From: Candidatus Eiseniibacteriota bacterium
GTDB taxonomy: Bacteria > Eisenbacteria > RBG-16-71-46
Direction of reading: 5' to 3'
Length of the DNA stretch: 64,000 nucleotides
NCBI GenBank assembly: GCA_044223005.1
Contig: JBGAML010000016.1
Coordinates: 52,080 to 116,079 of the forward strand
Every line of letters begins with the position of its first letter. The first letter of the stretch is position 1. Under the pieces are notes generated by a model. It did not search any database and was not told the DNA's origin. It saw only the letters and a program-made list of their open reading frames with translations. Position numbers and translations under genes: made by a program. Below are positions 29,161-38,919 of the stretch, in pieces.

Positions 29161-29192
29161 CGGGGCCCGCACCCAGCGAGGTGCGGGCCCCG
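29161..29192. repeat. hairpin with the same 13-bp stem as 63662-63692 (terminator/REP-like)
   Basis: CGGGGCCCGCACC-6 nt-GGTGCGGGCCCCG. Confidence 0.7.
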
Positions 29193-29239
29193 GGTCGCTT
29201 CCGGCTGCCGCGGGCGTGCCGGTGTAGAGTCCGCGGCCC

Positions 29240-29962
29240 ATGCACGTCGATCTCGTGATCCCGGCCCTCGACGAGGAAGGTCCGCTCGCGCGCGTGCTCG
29301 CCGACCTGCCGCGCGCCGGCGAGGCGTTCGCGACGCGCGGCGGCCCGTGCATGCTCCGCCAGGTCGTGGTCGCCGACAACGGCTCGAGCGACCGCACGGC
29401 CGAGGTCGCGCGCGCCGCCGGCGCCCACGTCGTGACCGAGCTGCGGCGCGGCTACGGCGCGGCGTGCCTCGCGGCGCTCGCCGCGATCCGGCCCGCGCCG
29501 CCCGACGCGGTCGCATTCGTGGACGCCGACCACAGCGACGATCCGCGCGAGCTGCCTGCCGTGATCGCGCCGCTCGTCGCGGGCGAGGCCGACCTCGTCG
29601 TGGGCTCGCGCGTGCTCGGGCGCATGGAGCCGGGAGCGTTCACGCCCGCGCAGGCGTTCGGCAACTGGCTCGCGCCGGCGCTGCTCCGTGCGCTCTGGGG
29701 CGTGCGCGTCACCGACCTCGGCCCGTTTCGCGCGATCCGCTGGGAGGCGCTGGAGCAGTTGCGCATGCGCGATCGCGACTACGGTTGGACCGTGGAGATG
29801 CAGGCGCGCGCGTTCGCCGCCCGGCTCCGGGTCGCCGAGGTGCCCGTCTCGTACCGGCGCCGCCGCCTCGGGCGCTCCAAGGTGAGCGGCACGCTGCGCG
29901 GCGTCTGGGGCGCGGGCACGAAGATCCTCGGCACGATCGCGCGGGTGCGGCTCGGCGGCTGA
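29240..29962 (+). CDS. glycosyltransferase family 2 (polyprenol-phosphate glycosyltransferase-like)
   Basis: VIPALDEE, VADNGSSDRT, GYGAAC, FVDADHSDDP, TDLGPFRAI and GWTVEMQ motifs. Confidence 0.9.
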   Translation: MHVDLVIPALDEEGPLARVLADLPRAGEAFATRGGPCMLRQVVVADNGSSDRTAEVARAAGAHVVTELRRGYGAACLAALAAIRPAPPDAVAFVDADHSDDPRELPAVIAPLVAGEADLVVGSRVLGRMEPGAFTPAQAFGNWLAPALLRALWGVRVTDLGPFRAIRWEALEQLRMRDRDYGWTVEMQARAFAARLRVAEVPVSYRRRRLGRSKVSGTLRGVWGAGTKILGTIARVRLGG

Positions 29963-30020
29963 CGCTCGCGCGAGCGGCGGGCCGCGCGTATGCTGACGGG
30001 GTCTTTCCGGAGGTCGCCCC

Positions 30021-30935
30021 ATGTTCATCGAGGAACATCTCAAGGAGCTCCGGCGCCAGGGCTTCGCGCCCGGCGCCCTGGCCGCGTACGCCCGCTCGGT
30101 CGGTGCGCACGTCCGCGCCGAGCTGCTCGCGAACCCGTCGGCCGCGCGCGCGACGTGGACCGCGGCGGTCGCCTATTTCGTGGCGGCGTTCCTCACCGCG
30201 GTGATCTTCAGCGTCACCTGGGATCGCGAACTCGCGACGCGGTTCTTCCTCGGCACCGCGCTCTGGACGTGTTTCGGGTTCGGGTTCGTGACGCTCTTCC
30301 TGGGCCTGCTGCGCGACGCCGACGGCTACCGGCTGCCGCGGCTCAACGTCCCGATCCTGCTCACGCTCCTGCGCGTGTCGCTGATCCCGGGCATCACGCT
30401 CTTCCTCGAGGAGCGCCACTTCGCGATGGCGCTCGCGGCCTACCTCGTGGCGGCGCTTTCGGACGTGTTCGACGGGTTCCTCGCGCGCCGCTGGGGCCAG
30501 ATCACGCGACTGGGCACCGTGATGGATCCGCTCGTCGACATCGCCTTCAACCTCGTCATGCTCTGGGGGCTCGCGGCGGCCGGCCTGCTCTCGCAGTGGG
30601 TGTTCTGGATCGGCACGCTGCGCTACGCGATCCTCGTCGTGGGCGCGGCGGGGCTCTACCTGTTCGTGGGCCCGGTCAAGATCCGGCCCACGTCGTTCGG
30701 CCGCTTCACGGGCGTCGTGATGACTTCGTTCATCGCGCTGCTCACGCTGCTGTGGGCGGTGCAGGGCGAGATCGCCGCGTCGCTCACGCGCCTCACCGAG
30801 ATCGCGCTCGGCGTGCTGCTCGCCGCGACCACGGTGCAGATCATCCTCGTCGGCTGGTACAACCTCCGCGTCATGACCGGTGCCGCGCCCGAAGCCGGGC
30901 GCGTCATCGAGGACGTGCGGTTCCGCTCCAAGTGA
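30021..30935 (+). CDS. CDP-alcohol phosphatidyltransferase family membrane protein
   Basis: Signature DVFDGFLARRWGQITRLGTVMDPLVD; multiple hydrophobic segments. Confidence 0.88.
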   Translation: MFIEEHLKELRRQGFAPGALAAYARSVGAHVRAELLANPSAARATWTAAVAYFVAAFLTAVIFSVTWDRELATRFFLGTALWTCFGFGFVTLFLGLLRDADGYRLPRLNVPILLTLLRVSLIPGITLFLEERHFAMALAAYLVAALSDVFDGFLARRWGQITRLGTVMDPLVDIAFNLVMLWGLAAAGLLSQWVFWIGTLRYAILVVGAAGLYLFVGPVKIRPTSFGRFTGVVMTSFIALLTLLWAVQGEIAASLTRLTEIALGVLLAATTVQIILVGWYNLRVMTGAAPEAGRVIEDVRFRSK

Positions 30936-31447
30936 ACGCACCCGCCCCCGCACTCGAAGGCGATCTCGCCCACTTCTTCCCGTCCGAGGTGTTGCAGCTG
31001 CTGCAGCTCGCACAGGGCACGGGCCGGCTCGAGATCGCGCGCGACGGCGAGCGCGTGGACCTGTTCCTCGAGCGCGGCCGGCCCGTGTTCGCGCGCACGA
31101 GCGGCGTCGCCGTGCGCGCCGGCGAGGTGCTCATGCACCGCGGCCTCGTCACGCCCGAGATGCTGGCGCGCGTGCTCGAGGCGCAGCGCACCGAGCCGCG
31201 CCGGCGCATCGGCGAGCTGCTCGTCGCCGCCGGCGTGGTGACCGCGGAGCAGGTGCGCGAGGCCGTGCACGAGGTGCTGCGGCGCATCGTCTACGGCGTG
31301 CTGCTCTGGCGCGAGGGCACGTTCCGGTTCGTGCCCGGCAGTTCCGGCGTGGGCGAGGACATCCAGATCGACCTGGACCTCGACCGGCTGATCCTGGAAG
31401 GCCTCCGGCTGGCCGACCAGGCCCGCGCGCAGCGCCAGGGCGGCTGA
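30932..31447 (+). CDS. DUF4388 (PATAN-like) domain protein
   Basis: LEGDL...EVLQLL...TGRL; IGELLV..G; LLWREGTFRF; LILEGLRLAD. Confidence 0.8.
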   Translation: MNAPAPALEGDLAHFFPSEVLQLLQLAQGTGRLEIARDGERVDLFLERGRPVFARTSGVAVRAGEVLMHRGLVTPEMLARVLEAQRTEPRRRIGELLVAAGVVTAEQVREAVHEVLRRIVYGVLLWREGTFRFVPGSSGVGEDIQIDLDLDRLILEGLRLADQARAQRQGG

Positions 31448-31509
31448 GCCGCCGCGCTCGTCGGCCCGCGCTGGACGTGGGCCGGGCGGCCCCCTAGCCT
31501 CAACCCTCC

Positions 31510-33651
31510 GTGCCCGACCTCTCGTTCCATCTCGCTCCCAACGCGCCCTGGGCGTGGCTCGTCCTGGCGACGCTGGCCCTGCTCGCGCTGGCCGGTTGGG
31601 TCTACGCGTTCGCGTTGCCGCCGCTCTCGGCGTTCACGCGCCGCGTGCTCGTGGCCGTGCGCGCGATCGCGCTGCTCGCGATCCTGTGGCTGCTCGCGCA
31701 GCCGGTGCTCGAGCGGGCGCTGCCGGCGTCGGGCCGCCGCGTCACGGTGCTCGTCGACCGCTCCGCCAGCATGACGCTGCCTGCCTCGCGCGGTGGCGCG
31801 CCGCGCGCCGAAGTCGCCGCGCGCGCCGCCGACGAGGTGGTGCGCGCGCTGCGGTCGCGGGCGCGCGTCGAGCGTCGCGACTTCGCCGCGATCCTGCGTC
31901 CCGACACGGGGCGCGCCGGCCTGCCCGACCAGTCGACTGCGCTCGGCGATGCGCTCGAGCAGCTCGCGGCGCTGCCGCTCGAGCGCCGGCCCGACGGCGT
32001 CGTCGTGGTGAGCGACGGCATCGTGAACGCGGGCGCCGACCCGGTCGCCGCGGCGCGCGCGCTCGGCGTGCCGGTGCACGCGGTACGCGTGGGCGGGCCG
32101 CTCGGTCCCGATCGCGCGGTCGCCGAGGTCGAAGGTTCGCGCGAGGCGCGCGTCGGCGAGCCGACGCCGGTGCGCGTGCACGTGCTCTCGGGCGAGCCGC
32201 GCGGCACGGCGATCGGCGTGCGCCTGCTGGACGAGGGCCGCGAGCTGGCGCGCGTGCAGGTGCCCGCGCCGGGGCCGGGCGCCGAAGCGATCGCCGAGCT
32301 GCGCGTGACGCCGTCACGACCCGGGCTCGCGGTGTGGACCGCACGCGTCGATTCGCTGCCGGGCGACGCGGTGCCCGCCAACGACGCGCGCGAAGTGGCC
32401 GTGCCGGTGGCGCCGGGCAAGCTCGGCGTGCTCGTGCTGAGCGCCGGCCTCAACTGGGACCTCACGTTCCTGCGCCGCGCCTGGCTCGGCGATTCGACGC
32501 TGGCGCTCGACACGCGCGTGCGTGACGGCGCCGGCTGGCACGCGGTCGAGCGCGGCCGCTCCGAGGCGCCGCAGCCGGCGGACCTGCGCGGCAAGTCGGT
32601 CGTGGTGCTCGACGGGCTCTCGGCGCCCGAAGCCGGCGCGGCGTTCGACGCCGCGCTCGGCGCATTCGTGCGCGAGGGTGGCGGTCTGCTGCTGCTCGGC
32701 GGCCCCGCGCCGGGTGCGGCGCGCTTCGCGCACGGCGCGCTGGCGCGTGAGCTGGCGTGGGCACGCGGCGCCGGCACCGAGCACGAGGCTTCGCCCGTAC
32801 CGTCGCCCGCCGCGGGCGAGCTGTTCGCGTGGGACGAGGATCCCGCGCGCGGCGAGCAGGCGTGGCGCGTGGCCGCACCACTCGCGGCGGTGCAGCCCCT
32901 CGCGGCGGCCGCGGGCGATCGCGTGCTTCTCGCGGGCTCGGGTGGCGGCGCGCCGCTCGTGGTCTCGCGCCGCGCCGGCCGCGGTCCGGTGATGCTCGTC
33001 AACGGCACCGGCTTCTGGCGCTGGGCGCTCTCGGGCACCGACGCGCTCGCGTCCGATCGCAGCCGCGTGCTGTGGCGGCACGTCGCGCGCTGGCTCGCCG
33101 AGCCCGTCCAGGGCGAGCCGCTGCGCGTGCAGCCCGAGCGCGCGTTGACGCCGGGCGGCGAGCCGGTGCGGCTCGTGGCGAGCCTGCAGGACGAGGCGTT
33201 CCGGCCGCTCGCGGGCGCGCAACTCGCGGGCGAGGCGGTCGACGCGCGCGGCGGCCGCGTGCCGCTGGCGTTCGTGCCCGGCGAGCCGGGCAGCTACGTC
33301 GCGACGCTGCCTGCGCCGCACCCGGGGCGCTGGCAGGTGAGCGTGCGCGCCACCGCGGGCGGCCGCGAGCGTGGCCGGGCGCGCGGCGAGTTCGCGGTCG
33401 ACCGCTGGAGCCTCGAGCTGCTTCGCGCCGAGCCCGACAGCGCGACGCTCGGCGCCATGGCCGCCGCGAGCGGCGGCCGCGTCACCGACGCGGCGGGCGC
33501 GGGACGCTGGGCGGAGCGGATCGAGACGCGCGCACTGGCGCGCCGCCGCACGTCGAGCACGCGGCTCTGGGAGTCGCCGTGGACGTTCGCGATCGTGGTC
33601 GGCCTGCTCGCCGTCGAATGGATCTGGCGCCGCCGCCGCGGCCTGCCCTGA
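31510..33651 (+). CDS. membrane-anchored vWA / Ig / glutamine-amidotransferase-like multidomain protein
   Basis: N-terminal TM pair; DRSASM MIDAS; VVSDG; FVREGGGLLLLGG; FWRW; C-terminal TM ending EWIWRRRRGLP. Confidence 0.8.
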   Translation: MPDLSFHLAPNAPWAWLVLATLALLALAGWVYAFALPPLSAFTRRVLVAVRAIALLAILWLLAQPVLERALPASGRRVTVLVDRSASMTLPASRGGAPRAEVAARAADEVVRALRSRARVERRDFAAILRPDTGRAGLPDQSTALGDALEQLAALPLERRPDGVVVVSDGIVNAGADPVAAARALGVPVHAVRVGGPLGPDRAVAEVEGSREARVGEPTPVRVHVLSGEPRGTAIGVRLLDEGRELARVQVPAPGPGAEAIAELRVTPSRPGLAVWTARVDSLPGDAVPANDAREVAVPVAPGKLGVLVLSAGLNWDLTFLRRAWLGDSTLALDTRVRDGAGWHAVERGRSEAPQPADLRGKSVVVLDGLSAPEAGAAFDAALGAFVREGGGLLLLGGPAPGAARFAHGALARELAWARGAGTEHEASPVPSPAAGELFAWDEDPARGEQAWRVAAPLAAVQPLAAAAGDRVLLAGSGGGAPLVVSRRAGRGPVMLVNGTGFWRWALSGTDALASDRSRVLWRHVARWLAEPVQGEPLRVQPERALTPGGEPVRLVASLQDEAFRPLAGAQLAGEAVDARGGRVPLAFVPGEPGSYVATLPAPHPGRWQVSVRATAGGRERGRARGEFAVDRWSLELLRAEPDSATLGAMAAASGGRVTDAAGAGRWAERIETRALARRRTSSTRLWESPWTFAIVVGLLAVEWIWRRRRGLP

Positions 33652-33755
33652 ACCCGATCGCCTGACCCGCCGCGCGGGCACGCGCGTTGCGGAGGACTTC
33701 CCGGTCGCGGCATTCGCCGCGCGCCCCGGCCGACTCGCCCCCGGGCGGAGATCCG

Positions 33756-35387
33756 ATGCCGTTCGCGACGCTTGCGGCGTTCGCGCTCGTCACGCCCACG
33801 CTGCTCGTGTGCTCACCCGCGGGGCACCCGATCGTCACCGAAGTGGTCTACGACGCACCCGGTGACGACACCGGCTGGGAGTTCGTCGAGTTCTGGAACG
33901 CCTCGGACCGCGACGTCGCGCTCGCCGGCGTGGTGATCGAGGCCGGCGACGGCGCGGGGCCCGGGCGCTGGACGAAGCGCTGGACCGGCGGCGTCGCCGA
34001 CACGATCCGCGCGCATGCGCGCTTCGTGGTGGGCGGCGCGCACGTGACGCCGCCGCCGGATGCGCTCGTCACGCTGGAGCTGCAGAACGGGCCCGACGGC
34101 CTGCGCATCACGTGGCCGGACGGCGCGCGCGAGGTGGTGGGCTGGGGCGCGCTCGCGTATCCCGAGTACGCCTGCGGCGCACCGGCGCCCGACGTGGCCG
34201 CGGGCCAGTCGCTCGCACGCGTTCCCGACGACGCCGATCGCGGCGGCAACGCGCTCGACTTCCGCGCCTCGGAGCCCTCGCCCGGGCGGCCCAACCAGCC
34301 GGGCGTCGACCTCTCGCTGCAGCGCGGATCGCTCGCGTGCTCGCCCGCGGCGCCCGATCCCGGCGCGAGCGCCCACGTCGCGTTCGCGGTGACGAACCGC
34401 GGCGCGCAGCCGCTCGCCGCGGGCACGGCGCGCGTGGCGCTGGCGGGCGATGTGCTCGCCGACAGCGCGTGGGTGCCGCTGCCCGCGATCGCACCCGGCG
34501 AAACGCTCGCCGTCGCGGCCGAGGTGCGCACCGGTCTCGCGGGTGCGCGCGTGCTCGTGGCGCGCGCGTTCGCGCCCGGCGACGAAGCGCCGGGCAACGA
34601 CGCCGACACGCTGCGCGTGCGCGTCGGGCCCGGGCCCATCGAGATCACCGAGATCCAGTTCCACCCCGCGGCGGGCGAGGGCGAATGGGTCGAGCTCCGC
34701 AATCGTTCCGCGTCGCCGGTCGAGCTCGCGGGCTGGACGTTCTCGGATCGCGCCGACGCGCGCTCGCCGCTCGACGACGCGCCGGTCGTCGAGCCCGAGA
34801 GCCTGCTCGTGCTGGCGCAGGATCCGGCGGCACTGGCCGCGGCCTTCCCGGCGCTCGATCCCGCGCGGCTGGTGCGCGTCGCGTCGTGGCCCAGCCTCAA
34901 CAATTCCGACGCCGCCGACGGTGTCGCCGACATCCTGACGTTGCGCGAAAGCGACGACCTGCCGTCCGACCGCGTCGCGTATTCGGCGGCGGGCGTCCCC
35001 GCGGGCGCGACGCTCGAGAAGTCCTCGGGCGCGTGGCGCGCTTCGGCCGCGCCCAACGGTACGCCGCTCGCGCCGCCGCGCGGCGGGGGAGCGCACGCGC
35101 TCGCGTTCGCGGTCCACCCGCGCGCGGTGCCCGCCGGCGCACCCGAGGTCGCCGTCGACTGGACGCTGCCGTGGCCCGCGGCGCGCGTCACGATCGAGCT
35201 CGTCGACCTCGCCGGGCATCGCGTCGCGCGGCTGCTCGACGCCGAGACGAGTGCCGCGTCCGGCTCGCGCCGGCTGCGCCTGGACGGCGCCGGCCCCGGC
35301 GTGTTCGTCGCGGTGCTGCGCGCGCGCTCGACGCACGGCGTCGCGAGCCGCGGCGTGCCGCTGCGCGTCGTCGGGAGCGCGCCGTGA
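33756..35387 (+). CDS. lamin-tail-domain protein (LTD-CARDB-LTD) with degenerate C-terminal sorting domain
   Basis: IVTEVVYD..G.D...EFVEFWN; PSPG..N; CARDB-like V.NRG...DE..GND; ITEIQFHP...EWVELRN; LVDLAGHRVARL. Confidence 0.78.
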   Translation: MPFATLAAFALVTPTLLVCSPAGHPIVTEVVYDAPGDDTGWEFVEFWNASDRDVALAGVVIEAGDGAGPGRWTKRWTGGVADTIRAHARFVVGGAHVTPPPDALVTLELQNGPDGLRITWPDGAREVVGWGALAYPEYACGAPAPDVAAGQSLARVPDDADRGGNALDFRASEPSPGRPNQPGVDLSLQRGSLACSPAAPDPGASAHVAFAVTNRGAQPLAAGTARVALAGDVLADSAWVPLPAIAPGETLAVAAEVRTGLAGARVLVARAFAPGDEAPGNDADTLRVRVGPGPIEITEIQFHPAAGEGEWVELRNRSASPVELAGWTFSDRADARSPLDDAPVVEPESLLVLAQDPAALAAAFPALDPARLVRVASWPSLNNSDAADGVADILTLRESDDLPSDRVAYSAAGVPAGATLEKSSGAWRASAAPNGTPLAPPRGGGAHALAFAVHPRAVPAGAPEVAVDWTLPWPAARVTIELVDLAGHRVARLLDAETSAASGSRRLRLDGAGPGVFVAVLRARSTHGVASRGVPLRVVGSAP

Positions 35388-36187
35388 GCGCCGTACGGAA
35401 GGCGTCGCTCGTACTGCTGTTCGCCGCGCGGCTCGTGGCCGCGCAGGACTTCGCGCCCGCGGCGCCCGCGGGCCCGCGGCCCGGTGCGCTCGCGCTGCTC
35501 GAGCGCGCGCTGCCCGCTCCAGGCGGGGCGTTCGCGCTCGAGTCGCAGGCGACGCGCTGGTTCGCGCTGCCGGAGCTCGAGACGCGCGCCGCCGCGCTGC
35601 AGGTGCCCGCGGGCGCGGCGCGCGTGGCGCTGGGGCTCTCGCAGACGGGCGATCCCGAACTCGGTTGGACCGCGGCCGCGCTCGCACTGGGTGCCACGGG
35701 GGCGCCCGGTGGCGCCGCCCTGCGCGCCGTCGCGCGCCACGACCGGCGCGAAGGCGCGCTGCGAGACGGCGCGCTGGCGCGCGGCGGCGGCCTCGAGGCC
35801 GGCGCGGGCGCGTGGTGCGCAGCGGGTGACGCGTGCGTGTTCTGGGCGTCGGCGCCGCAGGTCTGGACCGGCGGCGCCGCGCCGCCGCTCGTGCGCCCGC
35901 TCGAACTCGGCGTCCGCACCGGCGGCGACGGCCTCGCCGCGTGGGCGACGCTGCTCTCGCCGTTGCGGGGCGACGACGGCGAGCGCGCGGCCGGGGTGTC
36001 GCTCGTGCGGGGCGGGCTCGTACTGTGGGCCGAGGCGCGTGATGCGCCGTTGCGCGGGTCGTTCGGGCTCGCGGCGCGCGTGGGTGCGCTCGCGATCGAG
36101 GCGCGCGCCGACGCGCATCCGCTGCTCGGCGAGACGACGCGCCTCGCGTGCGCGTGGCGGCCGCACGCGCGTACGGAGGTGCGGTGA
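35384..36187 (+). CDS. hypothetical protein, probable outer-membrane beta-barrel
   Basis: Coupled to both neighbours by GTGA overlaps. Signal-like N-terminus. WFALPEL and C-terminal HPLLGET motifs. Confidence 0.55.
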   Translation: MSAVRKASLVLLFAARLVAAQDFAPAAPAGPRPGALALLERALPAPGGAFALESQATRWFALPELETRAAALQVPAGAARVALGLSQTGDPELGWTAAALALGATGAPGGAALRAVARHDRREGALRDGALARGGGLEAGAGAWCAAGDACVFWASAPQVWTGGAAPPLVRPLELGVRTGGDGLAAWATLLSPLRGDDGERAAGVSLVRGGLVLWAEARDAPLRGSFGLAARVGALAIEARADAHPLLGETTRLACAWRPHARTEVR

Positions 36188-37539
36188 GCGCGCGGCGCGC
36201 GGCGCTGCTGGCGATATGGCTCGCGACGCTCGCGCCACCCGCGTGCGCGCAGGAGGCCGAGCCGCCGCCCGAGGCGCCGCCGGGCGACTGGAGCGAGGAA
36301 GTGGCCGACACGCTCGCGCGCGGCTGGGTCGAGACCACGTTCAGCTCGCGCGGGCGGGCGGGCTCGGCGCCGCGCAGTGGCGAGAAGCTGCGCTTTCGCG
36401 GTGAGGGCGTGGCCGGCAGCGTGCGCAGCGGTTCGGATCCCGTCGCCGGTGCACGGCTCGAGAGCGCGTTCGGCCGCGGCACGCTGCGCGCCGGCCGGCT
36501 CGCGCCGCGCTGGGGGCGTGGCCTGCTCGTGGGTGGCGCCGCGCAGGCGTGGGCCGCGCAGGCGGAGGACCGCGGCGACGGCGCGCCGGTGCGCGGCCAC
36601 GCCGCCGACGGCGCGCTCTGGAGTGCCGAGGGCGGCGCGTGCGAGATGCTCGCGGCGCGCTACCGGCGCGTCGGCATCGCCGGTGCGCGCGTGGCGCACG
36701 GGCCCGTGTCGCTCGCCGGCATCGCGCGCGGTGCCGCATGGCAGGGTGCCGTCGCGTTCGCGGACGACGGCCGCGCCGCGGAACTCGCCGCCGATCGCGC
36801 CGGCCGCTGGCGCGCCGAGTTCTCCGCGTGGCGCACGGACGAGCCCGCGACGCTCGCGCTTCGCGTCCGCACGGGGCATGCGCGCTTTCGCTCGCTCGCC
36901 GAGCCGCTGCGCGCCGGTCCCGCCACGCTCGCGAGTGCGGGCGCGAACGCCGCGGGCGAAACGATCGCGGCCCGCGCGCTCGCCGCGTGGTGGCGGTGGG
37001 CGCCGGAGCAGGGTGGCGCGGTCGCGTCGCTTGAAGTGCGCACGCGGCTGGTCCACCATGCGGAGGTCGCTGTCGGATGCGACGAGCAGCACGGCACGCG
37101 GCGCGATCCCGCGTCGACGGCCGCTCCCGCCTCGGCCTCCGGGCTGCGGCAGGGCTGGTGGTGCTCCTGGCGAGGCCGCACGCGCGGCCGGGCCCTGGAA
37201 CTGCGCCACGAGTTGCGTGGGAGCCGGGCGTTCGCTCGGGACGCCGTGCGCCGCACGCTGGCCGCGAGCGGCGAGAGTGCGCTGCCGTTCGGTGCGAGCC
37301 TCGCGGTGACGCATCGCACGTGGGCCACGCGCTCGGGCGAGTCGCTGTGGCTCGCCGAATCCGACGGCGACCTGCTGACGCTGCGCGCGGCCACCGGCTC
37401 GGGCGCACGGACGCAGGTGGTGCTCGCGGTGCCCGGACTCGGAGGGCGCGCGCGGGCGGTCGCGGAATGGACGACGGTGCCGTCACGGCGCACGGCACCC
37501 GGCTGGTCGCTCGAATGGACGCGCCGCACGCGGCAGTGA
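36184..37539 (+). CDS. hypothetical secreted protein, probable beta-barrel
   Basis: GTGA overlap; signal peptide; AGRLAPRWGRGLL; Trp-rich amphipathic strands. Confidence 0.55.
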   Translation: MSARRAALLAIWLATLAPPACAQEAEPPPEAPPGDWSEEVADTLARGWVETTFSSRGRAGSAPRSGEKLRFRGEGVAGSVRSGSDPVAGARLESAFGRGTLRAGRLAPRWGRGLLVGGAAQAWAAQAEDRGDGAPVRGHAADGALWSAEGGACEMLAARYRRVGIAGARVAHGPVSLAGIARGAAWQGAVAFADDGRAAELAADRAGRWRAEFSAWRTDEPATLALRVRTGHARFRSLAEPLRAGPATLASAGANAAGETIAARALAAWWRWAPEQGGAVASLEVRTRLVHHAEVAVGCDEQHGTRRDPASTAAPASASGLRQGWWCSWRGRTRGRALELRHELRGSRAFARDAVRRTLAASGESALPFGASLAVTHRTWATRSGESLWLAESDGDLLTLRAATGSGARTQVVLAVPGLGGRARAVAEWTTVPSRRTAPGWSLEWTRRTRQ

Positions 37540-37594
37540 CCGCGACGAGGCCTCGAACCCGGCGCCCGTGAGCGCTTCCGGAAGGGATCACCCC

Positions 37595-38767
37595 ATGAAA
37601 TTCGCGCAGCGTCTGGGACGCATCACGACCGCCGCTTCGTTCGACATGCTCGCGCGCGGCAAGGCGCTCGAAGCCCAGGGGCGCAGCATCATCCATCTCG
37701 GGATCGGCGAGCCCGACTTCGACACGCCCGCGTTCATCCGCGAGGCGGCCAAGGTCGCGCTCGACCAGGGCTGGACGCACTACGGTCCCGCGCCCGGCCT
37801 GCCCGATTTCCGCAAGACGATCGCCGACACGTGGCGTGCCCGCCGCGGCATTCCGTGCGAGGCGAAGCACGTCGTCGTCTGCCCGGGTGCCAAGCCGGTG
37901 CTCTTCTTCGCGCTGCTCTCGCTGCTCGAGCCCGGCGACGAGGTGATCATCCCCAGCCCGGCGTTCCCGAACTACGGCTCGATGGCGCAGTTCGCCGAGG
38001 GCAAGGTCGTGAGCACGCCGCTCGTGCCCGAGCGCGGGTTCGACCTCGACCTCGACGCCCTGCGCGCACGCATCAACGCACGCACGCGGGTGCTGATCCT
38101 CAACTCGCCGCACAACCCGACGGGCGGCGTGCTGCCCGAGTCCACGCTGCAGGCGGTGCGCGAACTGGTGCTGAAGCACGACCTCGCCGTGATCGCCGAC
38201 GACATCTACGCCGACATGGTCTACGAGGGCACGTACACGTCGTTCGCGTCGCTGCCCGACATGTTCGAGCGCACCGTCACCGTGGACGGTTTTTCAAAGA
38301 CCTACGCCATGACCGGCTGGCGGCTCGGGTTCGGGCTCATGACCGAGGCGCTCGCCAAGCACATGGCGACGCTCATGAACAACTCGAACTCGTGCACCAC
38401 CACGTTCGTCCAGAAGGCCGGCGACGCCGCGTTGAAGGGGCCGCAGGACGACGTGAAGAAGATGGTCGAGGAGTTCCGCGCCCGCCGGAAACTGGTGGTC
38501 GACGGCCTCAACGCCATCCCTGGCGTCTCGTGCTTCAACCCGCCCGGCGCGTTTTACGCGTTCCCGAAGGTGGTCGTGCCCGGCATGACGTCGGGCCAGG
38601 TCGCCGACGCGCTGCTGGACGAGGCGGGCGTCGTGACGCTGCCCGGCACGGGCTTCGGCGCCGAGGGCGAGGGCTGGCTGCGGCTCTCGTACGCCAACTC
38701 GCAGGAGAACCTGCGCGAGGGCCTGAAGCGCATCGCCGGCTGGCTCGCGAGCAAGAACGTCCGCTGA
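37595..38767 (+). CDS. class I/II PLP-dependent aminotransferase (aspartate aminotransferase-like)
   Basis: LGIGEPDFDTP, NSPHNPTG, DDIY, GFSKTYAMTGWRLG and LRLSYA motifs. Confidence 0.95.
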   Translation: MKFAQRLGRITTAASFDMLARGKALEAQGRSIIHLGIGEPDFDTPAFIREAAKVALDQGWTHYGPAPGLPDFRKTIADTWRARRGIPCEAKHVVVCPGAKPVLFFALLSLLEPGDEVIIPSPAFPNYGSMAQFAEGKVVSTPLVPERGFDLDLDALRARINARTRVLILNSPHNPTGGVLPESTLQAVRELVLKHDLAVIADDIYADMVYEGTYTSFASLPDMFERTVTVDGFSKTYAMTGWRLGFGLMTEALAKHMATLMNNSNSCTTTFVQKAGDAALKGPQDDVKKMVEEFRARRKLVVDGLNAIPGVSCFNPPGAFYAFPKVVVPGMTSGQVADALLDEAGVVTLPGTGFGAEGEGWLRLSYANSQENLREGLKRIAGWLASKNVR

Positions 38768-38919
38768 CCGACGCAGGTGTACACGCCGCCGTCGCCATCC
38801 GCGACGGCGGCGTGCGTGTTTCCGGGCGCAAACCGCTGCGGTGACGTCCGCGGGGCCGGGGCACGGACCGTGCAGGAAAGCGCTGCGTCCCCGGCCACCG
38901 CCCCCGCGCGGAGCCGTCG

